Below the pieces are notes generated by a model. That model did no database searches, was not told where the DNA came from, and worked only from the letters and a program-made list of their open reading frames with translations. Positions 37,516 to 50,478 of a stretch of DNA of 64,000 bases are shown here, piece by piece (positions within the stretch are counted from its first letter, which is position 1; each line of letters starts with the position of its first letter). Location: contig NW_026853736.1 in assembly GCF_026571515.1 (NCBI RefSeq), positions 1 through 64,000 on the forward strand, written 5' to 3'. Origin of the DNA: Ruditapes philippinarum. Lineage: Eukaryota. Made by a program: the position numbers and the translations under genes.

Positions 37516-38735
37516 AGGTGTTTGTTTAAATCTTTTTATGCAATATTTGAAAAATTACCTTAAACTAGGAAGAAAAACTAAGCAATTTTGTTCTTCTCAT
37601 ATAGGGAAGTAAATTTAGTAACATATGTTAGGTAAATTATAGCAGTTATCCTTCTTTATGAGACACGACTTTTAGAAACATTGAAATGCGGTTTTTCTTT
37701 ATACATTTCTATAAATACATATAAAGATTCTGTGATAATAGAAATATGTTGATAAACTATTCCGTAATGAGACATGGATTTGTGGTTAATTTTAATTAAG
37801 ATAGTCCTTGTCCTTGGTGTTAATAACTCTTTCTACCATGTAATTAATTTTGTGAACTTTACATAACATAATACTTTCATATAAAACTTTTTCTAAACCA
37901 TAATCCACGAGAAGACCTAATCTGTTTTTCGTATACACTTTTCGTTTAGGTTTTTTCTAGCTGGGGACACTATAGTGACAAGGATGAGAAAATAACAATA
38001 TTTAAATGAATGTAAAAACTATCTCACAAAATTATCTGTGTATAAATATTATATAATATAATAATTAAACCACTGTATTACAATGTTCTCCTAACGAATA
38101 TTTATATGATCGCTATTCAAAATTATATTATAAATGTAATGTGAAAATTTTGAAACTGTATCATATCACATGTTACCTTTTTTAAAGTTTTTTACTGATC
38201 TTCTTTATATATTTGTAGGACTATGCATACTTGTGTGATTGTATGTATGTCTTTCCAATAAATGGGGTTCCAAATTTGTGGACCCGAAGCTGAAAAAAAA
38301 TGTTACTCATAATAATGTCCGGACTAATTCTTGGAACGTCCATGACAACTTTCGTATCTTCAATAAAATATATGACACTCGGAAGAAATTAATTGACGTT
38401 AATTAACTAATGCCTTTTGAGTAAAATACGATGACATCGTCACATCATTTGACATGACGTCGACTTGATACTCACATTTTATATAGTATACATATAAGCC
38501 ATTTATTGCATATTATTCATCAGATAATTCTTGTATATCCTAGCAGAATACAAGTTAATATCTACGATAAAATATCACAAAAGTCAACTTACTAGGATAA
38601 AATATAAAAACAATATTAATTTTTTAACAATTTTAGTTCAGCTGTAATTTGACATTGCCGTCAAAAAATAAATTCAATTGAAAATGTTTAGCATTGTAAT
38701 TAGACAATCTTAATGCTGCCAATTTTGTTTAAATA

Positions 38736-40296
38736 TCATGACGATATCAACACTCCTGTAAAACTTGTAAATCGTTCACCCCATAGATTTCCATCCGCTG
38801 GGAATGTATGTTTCACCCATACTTCATCTCCAACGTCCATTTGTGTTGCCACGGAAACAGATCCTTGTGTATCAATAGTTTTAGATTGCCCACGACCATA
38901 TGCTTTTGCAAGGGAAGCACCATTCTTTGCTATTTCGGCGTATATCATCGAACCAGCGGAAAGAACTGAAGTAAAAAATAGATATATTCCAGCTTTTGGT
39001 GCAATAAATAACCCATGTTGAGTGTGGTATCCTCCGCCAGCGTTCAGTAAAATTGTCTCAAATTTTATGTTTTCATCTGTTCCAAGATGATTTATCTCTC
39101 CCCTATCAGACACCGCGTGAAATGCTACTGGACCCTCTATATTTGCTACTAAACGTTCCTTACTACTTTTTAGATGTTTCTTATCCTTGATAGGAATTGA
39201 TACGCCCTTGACCACTTGTTTGCTATATTTAGATTTCTTGGCTTCCATTGTCTTATTCTTTGGTTGTGTTTTATTTAGGTAAAAATGCAAGTCATTTGCC
39301 TGATTGAAGATTGTTTCAGATATGCCTGTGTCAGCTTGTAACAACATTTTTTCTGGATGATTATTTGGTACCTGTAGTCGATTGCTTTCTTCTGACAATT
39401 TACTCAGATTATGATGAAGTTTTGGAAATCTTTCGTCATTTTCTTGCCAAGTACTGGAAAGTTTAGCTACGTCTTTCGTGAGGTTTTCAATAGTGAGTTT
39501 CATGACTTTCATATTTTCCTCCTGGTACCCAAGTTGTTTAGTCAATCGCTCAAATACTATGGTTTTTTCTTTGTCTAAAATGTAAGCCATAAAATTCTCT
39601 ATTAAAGATATGTAAAATTTTTAGCTGTTTACCAAAGTTTCTTAGTTTAAGCAAATTTATTGTGGCTCGATTGCTAAACAAGTTCTTGCAACTTATATTA
39701 AGCACATTTGAGTCCGCTTCCTGGAACTAACCAGTAATAGTGCTATATGAGAAATCATGATCGTTACCCGAGTAGGGCTCGAACCCATGATCCCTGGGTT
39801 GAGAGGCAGACACCTTAACCCTTAAGCCACTGCTGCCATTCACAATTGCTTGTTCGTGTAACCTTAAGTGAAAATTGTATATACTGCATACTTCACCAGG
39901 AGTAAGTCGCTTTAATAATAATTTGTTAAAATTTAAGGCAGTATTTCATTAACAAAATTGTTGCTTAGTGGACAACGTATGTCACAAACATTTTGGTAAT
40001 TTATGGTTGCTATTGATGATGTTGTACTTGATTATAATGATATTTAAATCCTCCTTTCAATTAAACCATATGGATTAATTAAAATCTGACACTCAGTATG
40101 TTAACAAATTAAGCACAACAGATACAAATGTTCTTCTAAGATCAAATAAAATAAAGCTAAAACGTATCAACATACCTCTCGTTTCTAGGGCTGCCATCCT
40201 TTGAATCAATGTCAAGGTCACAGAATCGACATAGCAATAAGAAAATGGTAATATAAGTGTCAGAAGAAAGAAGCTTTTTGTCTTACTTGGTCCCAT
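38736..40296 (-). CDS. Secreted C1q-domain protein, copy B; exons 40176-40296 and 38736-39574; 319 aa
   Basis: Exon 1 MGPSKTKSFFLLTLILPFSYC..ETR G|GTATG; acceptor TTTTAG|AC (phase 1); complete gC1q domain. Confidence 0.92.
39644..39839 (-). mobile_element. tRNA-derived SINE in the intron of C1q copy B
   Basis: A-box TGGCTTAAGGG, B-box GGTTCGAGCCC; same intron position as 3543-3739. Confidence 0.75.
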
Positions 40297-40482
40297 TGCC
40301 TTACTTTCATAAGATAGGAGTATAAAGACGAAATCATCAACGATTTCATTCACTTACACTGATAAGGCAATCTAATTTAGATAAGTATGCATAAACGTAA
40401 CTTTGTGATTTTTACTACTACATTGTATTAGTAGAAGAAAATACTTACATGTATATATGATATTTGCAAAATATTTGTATTA

Positions 40483-41424
40483 TTTTTAGCTCGACTATTC
40501 GATAAGAATAAGTAGAGCTATTGTAGTCACCCGAGCGTCGGCGTCGGCGTAACCACTTATGTTAAAGTTTTTGTAATAGTTCAAATATTTTCAAAGTCCA
40601 TTGACATATGGCTTTGAAACTTTGCACACTTGTTCACCATCATGACCCCAACCTGTGAACAGGAGGAGGTAACTCTATCAAGCATTTTGACAGAATTATG
40701 CCCCTTTTTCGACTAAGAATTTACATTAAATTTTTAGTAATACCTCAAATATTTTCAAAGTCCATTGACATATGGCTTTGAAACTTTGCATTCTTGTTCA
40801 CCATCATTTTGACAGAATTATGCCCCTTTTTCGACTAAGAATTTACGTTAAAGTTTTTGTAATACCCCAAATATTTTCAAAGTCCATTGACATATAGCTT
40901 TGAAACTTTGCACACTTGTTCACCATCATAACCCCAACATGTAGACAGGAGGAGGTAATTCTATCAAGCATTTTGACAGAATAATGCCCCCTTTTCTACT
41001 TAGAATTTACGTTACAGTTTTTGTTATATCTCAGATATTTTTATAGTCCATTGACATATGGCCTTAAAACTTTGCATGTACTTGTTGACCATCATAACCC
41101 CAACCTTTAAACAGGAGGAGGTAACTCTATCAAGCATTTTGACAGAACTATGCCCCTTTTTCCGACTTAGAATTTACGTTAAGTTTTTGTAATACCTCAA
41201 ATATTTTCAAAGTTCATTGACATAAGGCTTTGAAACCTGTTGAAATCTTATACTCTTCTTGAAGAGCATAATAAGACTCTCTCCAAGGCCTATAACTGTA
41301 ATATGGATTTAAAGAAACATTTTGCCTTTTTCTTTACTGAGAAAGTTTTACCTTTTAATCAAGGCTTTTTTACTATTAAGCACTAAGAATAGTCGAGCGT
41401 TGCTGTCCTACCGACGACTCTTCT
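40483..41424 (-). mobile_element. Helentron/HINE-like element with ~160-bp central repeats, upstream of C1q copy B
   Basis: TTTTAGCTCGACTATTC, (GCGTCG)n, tandem units with TTTTGACAGAATTATGCCCCTTTT, other end GAATAGTCGAGCG.TGCTGTCC. Confidence 0.8.
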
Positions 41425-43328
41425 TTGTATTAGGCAAAACCTAAAAACGTAAGATGCATTTTTTTAAAGGATGTCACAATAATAATTCTGCTTAAACTAT
41501 CTAAGATTTCTGAATCACGTGATACGATATGAATATTTTACTGGAAGAATAGACAAAGAGTGTTGAAACACAAGTTTACTATAAAAATGTTTAGAACGAT
41601 TTCTTTGTTTCCTGTCCACGTTTGACCATAAACGTGTGTGTGGATATTCAAATTGTTCTTGGTGATCATACCTCGAATTTTTCACTGAAAACACTTCGCA
41701 ATAACAATAACAAATAACATTAGTCCCAGACACTTTGAACGATATTGTCACGTCTTCATATCTCCTAATTTTAATCATGGACACATCTAGCTAAACAATG
41801 GTAGTTAGTCTGCCCCATTTGCATGATAAGGATTCATTAGCCCTCATACATATATGTTTGTTAAATAAATACTTAAAACAGTGTCATCATTCTTTTTCTA
41901 TTGCGTTCGACTCAGAAAACTATGAGTATTGTACAAAGCATGCATGAGAGTGAACGTTTTTATTCGGAAACATAGCAAAAACACGAATAAATATCAGTAA
42001 CAAGTATACAGCGATATTAGGAATGACTATCATTTTAGGAATGTTAAGACACGAAGGCATTGGAACAGTTTTATCTCATTTCAATTGTTGATTAAAGAAT
42101 GTCCTAAACGACCTTTGGCAGCTTTTATATCAAGACTAGTTCATTACAAATTATTTAGTTGTAGCAAGATAAACACTTGAAAATGTGTTACATTCTGGAC
42201 TTATTTAATTGATTTACTGGCTTGTCGGGTGACGTTGGCTGACCACCATTTTAAAAATCCCAAAACAGATTTTATCAGGGTATTAATGGTACGCTGAGAA
42301 AAACACTTTGTTATTTTGAACAACAATTTTAGACATTTTATTTGTTTTAAGAATGATAATTAAAACATTATAAAAAAGATAAAAATCGAAATATTCTATG
42401 TATTTTATTATCAATAGTACGATATTTAACAATGTGAATAAAAGCAATTGATTAAAAATTAATCATAAATCGATGAATAGACATATGAGAAAAAAAAACA
42501 TCTAAAAAGGTATATACATTCAATGTTATTTTAGTACACATGAAAAAACAAGAATAGAATAAAATGAAAAATACTAGTACAGCATTTTTACGCATGAAAT
42601 TCAAGAAAGGTTAAAAAAACCAACATTTTACAAATAAAATACCAAACGTTGATATTTTAAGATAATAAAAAGCAAAACACATAACGAAAAAAAAAAACAG
42701 CTACATATATACTGGCCTAAGCTACATTGCCAAATTATAAAGAACATTTACAATGCACAAAGATTTTACAATTTACACGTTTTTCCCTCTAAAATGAGGC
42801 AAAAATTAATGTTAAAAATAAAAATATACATTTTGTATTTTAAAATTTACAAAATCGTATATGATAATAAGAAACAATAATTGCGAAGATTTATCATAAA
42901 ATGGCGGGTAAATGCAGACGACACTAACAATTCACATCATTTTTTTGTGCAACGGATGCTTTTTTGCTTTAAAGTTTGGACTATAATTTTCCAACTTTTA
43001 AATGTACAATATTATATTTCGGGCGGATCGTGCAAATTTGCAAACTAACTTATTTCGGCTGCTGATTAACTATGCATTATTATTGTTCTATCATGAAAAA
43101 AGTGATGACGTAAGCATAGAAGTAACGTGACCTCGGGTTCTCTATTAAATCAACTGTAACAGAACCAGTTAAGGAAATTTAACAATCAAGTCACAATATT
43201 TTACTGTAGACTTGTACATACTACTGCATTTTTGAAACGTTCATTTCATAGAATAATCGGTGACATATAACCCAGTGTAAAATGTTGTACGTTTATATGA
43301 CCAAAGTCGTAAGGTTATGTATAATTAA

Positions 43329-43663
43329 AGCTGCACGCCTGATGAGCCAAAATATTTCAGGGAAATAAATATTGAGAAAAATGTACTAACTTTTTTAAGA
43401 AAGGTTACTAGATTTAAGATCCAAGTGATTTTTTACATGTTATAATATTATGCGGTTTAAGACTGATTTGCAGTATTTTATCACCGTATTTCTACTGCGT
43501 TACTAAGGGCTGTTTTTTGCATATGTTGACCACTATTTGGTAAATTTCTTGGATTGTAAGTACCCATTGCAATATGGAAATTGCTTTATTTGTTCATCTC
43601 ACAATATTTTACTTTTAAATACATTTCCAAAATTTTCATGAAAATTAACATGAGCGTGCTGCT
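43329..43663. mobile_element. MITE with TTAA TSD (Kolobok-type termini)
   Basis: TTAA|AGCTGCACGC ... GCGTGCTGCT|TTAA. Confidence 0.65.
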
Positions 43664-43832
43664 TTAATAAATATGTAAAATAATAACAACTACCCCAAAA
43701 AAATCATTTTAAATCAGGATGTCTGCCCTTAATCAAGGCACAGTCCTTGCTAATTTTCGCCTTCAAACTAATGAATCATTTCCCTGTCGTCTGCCGTATG
43801 TTGAAATTGTCTAACGGTCTGGACCCTGACTT

Positions 43833-45011
43833 TCAACCATCAATGTCTACTGTTGGTGAATCTGGGCATGGTACAACACCAGAACAGTCCCTGGTTTCAA
43901 AGTAATCACCTGTCAATCAACAAAAATACGCAACCACTGTAAATTATAATTATTATTATTACTTCCTTAGATTATGACCAACACTAATAATGGTGAATTT
44001 TTACGATTAAGAAGCCTCTGTAAAAGCATCGCATTGCACTTACAGTCAGAGGCCTCGGAAGGTTTAAACAAGACTTGTTTTCCCTTTGTCATCAGAACTG
44101 TCTCGTGGGTAGTAGAAAGATAGTCTGGTGCATACAAGTTTTGTTTCAAATAATATTTTTATTACATGCGATATGCATGTATATAAAAAAATATTAACAC
44201 AGTTTGAATTTAAAGTTAACTGACTGGTCTGTAATGGAAGGTTTGTAATACAATAAATGTTCATAATACATGTATATCATTTCGAAATTTCCCAACATAT
44301 TTTTTTCTGCAAGCAATATTTTATTACAATATCCAATTGTTAAATTTCAATTGTTGTTAGTTTTTATAAATTATTGAAATACATATGACAAAATGCCCGT
44401 AGAGGACATGTCCACTTTAACGATCCATTATAACATCATAAAAAGACATAATTTATATCACATGGTCAGCAAGTACATGGAAATAGCATTGGCTGATATT
44501 ATTTTGTATTTGCATACTTTAAATGTTATATAAAAATGACCAAATGCAAGAATATTGCTGACTTACGGGAAAAGTAAAGACATAAATTTTATCTATATTC
44601 TTTAGTACTTTATATATAGTCAACTTATTAAATAAAAATCGCACTTAAAACTTTATAATTATGAATCAAAGAAATGTATTTTACGTACATTTTTATTATA
44701 TATGGACATTATTCATTTCTTTAACAAATAGTGTTTATATTATTTTCATTATTATTAATGAAAGTTTACCTTCGCATGTTTTGCCGCCATTTTTAGACGC
44801 CGGACAATGGCATGCACGTGAGCGTGTTTGTGTCGATGTATAACCTAAACAGGTGGCGCTGCACGGAGACCATAGTCCAAAATCACACCAAGCACCATCA
44901 ACTTTAAGTAAATATACAGTAGAAATATCATCCATGATTACGTTTATACACAGTTCATATGTATAGCGATACTTATGATAATGAAAAAAAATGATTACGA
45001 TGATGAGACTT

Positions 45012-45043
<32 letters not shown>

Positions 45044-45150
45044 ATTCATCATTCATATAGAAACATTATCATAGGGTTTAATACATTTGAAGATGTTCTT
45101 TAAAGTGAATATCAGCAGAAACAGTGATATTGCTGTTGCTAATAATGATA

Positions 45151-45189
<39 letters not shown>

Positions 45190-48100
45190 TAACATAATTT
45201 CTGACTCAATTTTTCTTAATGCTGATTTATACATTGCAATTACTACATAAACACCTTTTTTGTCATTGAACACGTTACATCATGACAAGATGCCGAACTC
45301 ACCTGGACATCCCTCCTCATTCTTGCACGGAACACGTTCCACGCTGCGACCTCGACACATGCGCCCTCTATATTGAGGTCTAGGATTATCGCAAACACGT
45401 GTTTTTATACGATGACCATATTGACAAGGTCCGGCCCGACAACTTCCGAAATCTGACCATTCTGACCAACCTCCATCGACTGAAAACAACAACAACAATC
45501 ATACTTATATGAAGACAAAGCTAAACTTAAAAAATGAAGACAAAGCTAAACTTATAATATGAAGACAAACCTAAACTTATAATATTATGAAGACAAAACT
45601 AAACTTATAATACGAAGATAAAGATATACTTATAATATGAAGACAAAACTAAATTTATTATATGAAGACAAAGCTAAACTTATAATATGAAGACAAAGCT
45701 AAACTTATACTATGAAGACAAAGCTAAACTTATAATATGAAGACAAAGCTTAACTTATTATATTATGAAGACAAAACTAAACTTATAATACGAAGATAAA
45801 GATATACTTATCATATGAAGACAAAACTTAACATATAATACGAAGATAAAGCTTACTTATAATGTAATATTTACACTTTCGTGTATACAGCTTGCATCAT
45901 CACCATTTAATTGTAACCATCGACACCGTAGGACGAAATGGAATTGTTAATATACTGAGCATTTCTTTTACCTGGGCATGGTGTTCCAATATCACAGATA
46001 TCTGTATCTAATTCTGATCCATCACAGTGACGTCCACCAAAGCGAGGCATCGGTCTATTACACGCACGTGTTCGAGTACGTGCACCGGAGCCGCATGTGA
46101 CCGGACAACTGCTCCACCCTTCCCACATTGACCACCCTCCATGAACTGGAAAAAGTATAATGAGCCACGTCACGACAAAACCAACATAATGGGTTTGCGA
46201 CCAGCATGGATCCAGACCAGCCTGCGCATCCGCGCAGTCTTATCAGGATCCATGCTGATCGCTTACAAACCATATTACAAGTACAGAAACTGATAGCGAA
46301 CAGCATGGATCCTGATCAGACTGCGCGGATGCGCAGGCTGGTCTGGATCCATGATGGTCGCAAACCCATTTTATGTTGGTTTTGTCGTGACGTGGCTCAA
46401 ATGATAAGTTTGAATTTAGAATGAAACATAAGTTTATAATTGATACTTACTTGTATCTACATATGAAATATCTCAAATTAAACTCTTGTGTTATCGGTAG
46501 AGCCGAAAGATATGCGGTGTGAATAAGTAGTGGGTTTGAATATTACAGTGTCCGTAACAAAATGCAAAGATTTGAAGAAAAAAAAACAACGTAATTTTAA
46601 GATTGAATATTATATGAGGTCTGCGTTTTTTTACAGAAATATTAAGACTAGAAGCCACCTTTACTTTGTTGGTACCATGTACTGCATTAATATAGAGGAT
46701 ATTCATTTTTTTTCAATAAATACAAAGCTTATATTCATTGAGTGGTTTGAAAATAAATGTTTCATGAGTGGCGTTAGCCATGAATTAAACAAGATAAATT
46801 TTATAACATGAGATGAATTGTTTCCTGTATAGTAAAAGGGTTATATTTTCTTTTATATACTTTTTCGTTTTACGAAATACGAATGGTTACATTTAAACGC
46901 TCATCTTCAAGCATTCTTTCAAAATACAGAATTCACTAATTCACGATTTAATGAATTCACGTTTTCAGCTTCCGCAAATTCGTGATTTGAACTTCGTGAA
47001 GATGCATGAAATTGAAATCGTGCAGTTCAAAACATGAATTTATGAAGTTAAATTGATAAAGCTGAAATCGTGAATTTGATATCGGAAATTCATGAACCTG
47101 AAATCTTGAATTCATAAATTTATTTTTACTTTTTTGACCTTATGACTCCAAAATCATCCCCTTTAACTTTGTGTATTGGCTGAACCGCACATGCAGAAAG
47201 TAGTGAAAATATAAAAATATGTTTCACTGCAGCGAAAAATACTTTTTACAGTGAAAATACGGGGGAGGGGGAAATATGCATTTTATTGTATTATTGTATT
47301 ATATTTCACAATATTTCATTTATATGTATATAATAAACGTTTCTTTTGTTTGCCTTTTCTTGCAATCCAGATCTCTTTTCGTTGCTGCATGCTTAGCCAT
47401 ATTATAATTTAGGCAAAAATATGGACATTAATTTTATATAAATGAAAATGAAATGCTTTTATTCTTACTTGCACATTTCCGTCTTTCACAACGCCTTGTA
47501 TCAACGCTCCTCCCTCGACAAGGTCTGCCACCACCAGCAGGGGCGGGGCTGTTACATTCTCTAGTTCTTGTCATATCGCCACGCCCACATGTTCGTGAAC
47601 ACATACCAAACCGTGTCCACAGGCCCCAGTTTCCATCAACTATTTAAAGATATTATACTAAATCAAAAGACGCAGACAAAATAAATCAAAAGACGCAGAC
47701 GCAATAAAACAAACAAAAATTTACATCAATAACAAGTATTCGGCGGGGGATATAAATTCAACGTTTTTTAAATTTAGATATTTTCAAATAAACGTTAAGT
47801 ATCGTGATATCATAGAACCCTGGGCTAATACTTTCTAATAAAGAGGTAGGCAATTACTTGCGCTTACTTCTTTTTCTTTTCTTTTTTTGCTGAATCATTA
47901 CGTTTTTTAAATACGTATAGGTAAAATAGAGTACTTAAATGCCTATTGTCTGAAGTTAAAAAAAAACAACATTGATCAAGATGTACGTATTAACACACAT
48001 TTAATATAAAACCACAATTCCTATCTAAATCAATAACATGTAGCATTACAAGGTATGTTTATCATAAAATATGATTAGGAAAGAATGTTTTCGATTATGT

Positions 48101-49264
48101 AATATCGTAAAATTATATACACGTGAACTTCAGTGAAGTTAACTCATAGTAAATAATACGGTTCATTAAAAAAAATGTCTGTATGAAAATGATCAGTTCT
48201 TTCATTTTTGTTTGAAGTTATGAGATTTAATGCTCACAAAACGTTTTATAAACAGCATAAATTTTACCTGACAGTAGATAAAACTCAGGTGCGATTTTTT
48301 CATAAATCTTACAATTGCCATTGAGATGTACGATAAAAATACACAACAAGAGCTGTCCGTAAGACAGCGCGCTCGACTTTTTTATTGCTTGCCAATAAAA
48401 AAAGTTTTTGCAGTAAAAGGCAATACAAGAATCTCTGTATTTTTAAAGTGAACTAGTTGTTTGATACCCTTGAATATTACAGCAATGTTTATATGACATA
48501 ATTTATGGTAAAGTGAACAAGTGGATAGGAATGAATTTTTTTAGATTTTTTAAGTTTTTTAGTGCTTGCCTATAATACAAAACATTGACAGTTAAGGGCC
48601 ATAATTCAAATAAAATCTTTGACAGAATTACCTTCTCCTGGACATGTTTGGGAATCATGATTGTAAACAAGTATTCCAACTTTCAAATTAATATCTCAAA
48701 CAGTTCAGTCAAAAAGTGGACTGGTACTAAAAACTTAACCAAGATTCTAAGTCGATAAAAGGCCTTAATTTTTAAAACAAATCCTTGACAGAGTTACCTT
48801 CTCTTGCGTACAGATGGGGTAATGATGTGAAATAGCATTAAAAGTTTCAAAGCAATATCTCAAAGGTTAAGGCAATAAGTGGATTTTACCCATATTCAAT
48901 GTATTTTCTAAGTCAAAAAGGGGCATAATTCTGTCAAAAACCTTGACAGAGTTATGTCCTCTTGTCTGTTGATGAAGGTCGTGATGGTAAACAAGTATGG
49001 TCAGTTTCAAAGCAATACCTCCAATGGTTTTGAAATAAAGTGAGGTGGTACAAAAAACTTAACCAAGCTCAATACACTTTCTAAGTCAAAAAAGGGCCAT
49101 AATTCTGTCAAAAACCTTGACAGAGTTATGTACTCTTGTCTGTAGATGGAGGTTATGATGGTGAACAAGTATGGTAAGTTTCAAAGCCATACTTGTAATA
49201 CTTCTGAAATAAAGTGGGGTGGTACGAAAAACTTAACCAAGGTGTGACGCCAACGCCGACGCTA

Positions 49265-49295
<31 letters not shown>

Positions 49296-49954
49296 GGCGA
49301 GTAGGATAGCTCCCCTTTTCATAGAAAAGTCGAGCTAAAAATTGCTTAATTTAACGCAATTCAAACTCCGTATGTTTTTGTTTGTTTGTTGTTTTTGTGA
49401 GGGGTAGAAAGGGAGGGTGTTATTTAAAATAGTAAATTTAAGGAATTTGCAATATCACAAATTGCTGACGAGATAAACGGGACAATATAGCATTCTGGGA
49501 TCTATATCAACTCTGGTTCGTATATTACTCAGGTCAAATAAGTCTCGTTTCGTGTATTATCCTTCCAGGAATATAGTATACGGATGCTGTCAGTTTTTAG
49601 AAAAGTGTTCATGTTTCCTTAAGTAGATCTATGATAATTTTGGTTACTAAGATTTTTGACAGGTTATATGACTGTATAAAATAGATTGTTTGCAGTCATA
49701 AACGCTTACAACCATATATACTGGGCCATAATTATATAACATGTGAATAACCTTTATAACTAATACGTTAATTTCAGTGTTACCTGCACATGGTTCCTCA
49801 TTACACGATTCTTCGTCCAACATTGGCCCCTCACAATTCTCACCGCCGTGCATTGGTCTCGGCCTATTACAGAACCGCTCCCGCCGCCGGATTCCGACCC
49901 CGCACGATACCGTGCACGTCATCCAAGTCATCCATTCTCCCCAGTTACCGTCGA
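43833..49954 (-). CDS. Thrombospondin type-1 repeat protein, 3' part; exons 49784-49954, 47469-47639, 45972-46145, 45303-45479, 44770-44901, 43833-43909
   Basis: Five TSRs (DG/HGxWxxWxxWxxCxxTCG..RxRxC..P..GG..C), all joined by phase-1 GT/AG introns. The last exon is GDYFETRDCSGVVPCPDSPTVDIDG*. The 5' exons were not resolved. Confidence 0.9.
45138..45189. repeat. (ATG/GAT)n microsatellite (second tract at ~45013-45044)
   Basis: Direct reading. Confidence 0.95.
45500..45862. repeat. 25-bp intronic minisatellite
   Basis: About 14 copies of ATATGAAGACAAAGCTAAACTTATA. Confidence 0.92.
46161..46399. mobile_element. Palindromic MITE (~240 bp)
   Basis: TGAGCCACGTCACGACAAAACCAACATAA ... TTATGTTGGTTTTGTCGTGACGTGGCTCA with ~100-bp arms; copies at 59006 and ~59800. 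Confidence 0.9.
46690..47340. mobile_element. Degenerate interspersed repeat, possibly non-autonomous Crypton-like, with internal GAAATCGTGAATT-type repeats
   Basis: TTTCATGAGTGGCGT motif shared with 13460-13480; family assignment is from memory only. Confidence 0.35.
48345..49340 (+). mobile_element. Helentron/HINE-like element in a TSR-gene intron
   Basis: AACAAGAGCTGTCCGTAAGACAGCGCGCTCGAC start; central repeats with GGGCATAATTCTGTCAA..GACAGAGTTA; (GACGCC)n; AAGTCGAGCTAAAA end. Confidence 0.8.
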
Positions 49955-50193
49955 CTTAAATAGTGTACATGTTTCCAAGATATATAACAGAAAATGAACA
50001 GTGCATTTTGGGTAAAAACAGAGAATTGTGACAACTGAAACGGTTTAAATAGTGGCAGGCATTAAAAACTTAATTGTGTAGATACAGAAAGGGGCGAGTA
50101 AATAAGGCATATTACGACAGTATGCTATTCTAATGGGTTGCGTTCATTGATTTAGCAAATTATTATTTACACGAGCCAAAATACTACCTTAAG

Positions 50194-50478
50194 CAGTCGA
50201 CTTCAGCGATACAATCCACAAGAATAGCACACTTATGTGATATACCTTAAAAAAGTAAAATGATGCGTACAAAAATCTGAAGGAAATACACAGAAGGAAA
50301 TATTTTCTTTAAGAATAGAAATATGAATATAGCGTTAATACATATTCGTGACACCAGCATTCGAGCAATGTCAAGTGTGTAATACGATTATTCGCATTAG
50401 TGTACATTTTCGAGATAACGAATTTCGAGATAACGAAACCATCTAGAAAAGCGATGTCGAGATAAAGAAAGTTGACTG
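50194..50478. mobile_element. Degenerate pogo/Tc1-type MITE
   Basis: CAGTCGAC.. left end; repeated TTCGAGATAACG and GTTGACTG|TA right end. Confidence 0.4.

Noticed and set aside
43339-43375. Hammerhead-like CTGATGA...GAAA (also at 14162)
   Set aside because: Stem II lacks the closing G-C pair and no stems I/III could be built.
46058-46424. MDPDQ.. ORFs (also 59015-59347 and 59809-60271)
   Set aside because: Translations of the palindromic MITE.
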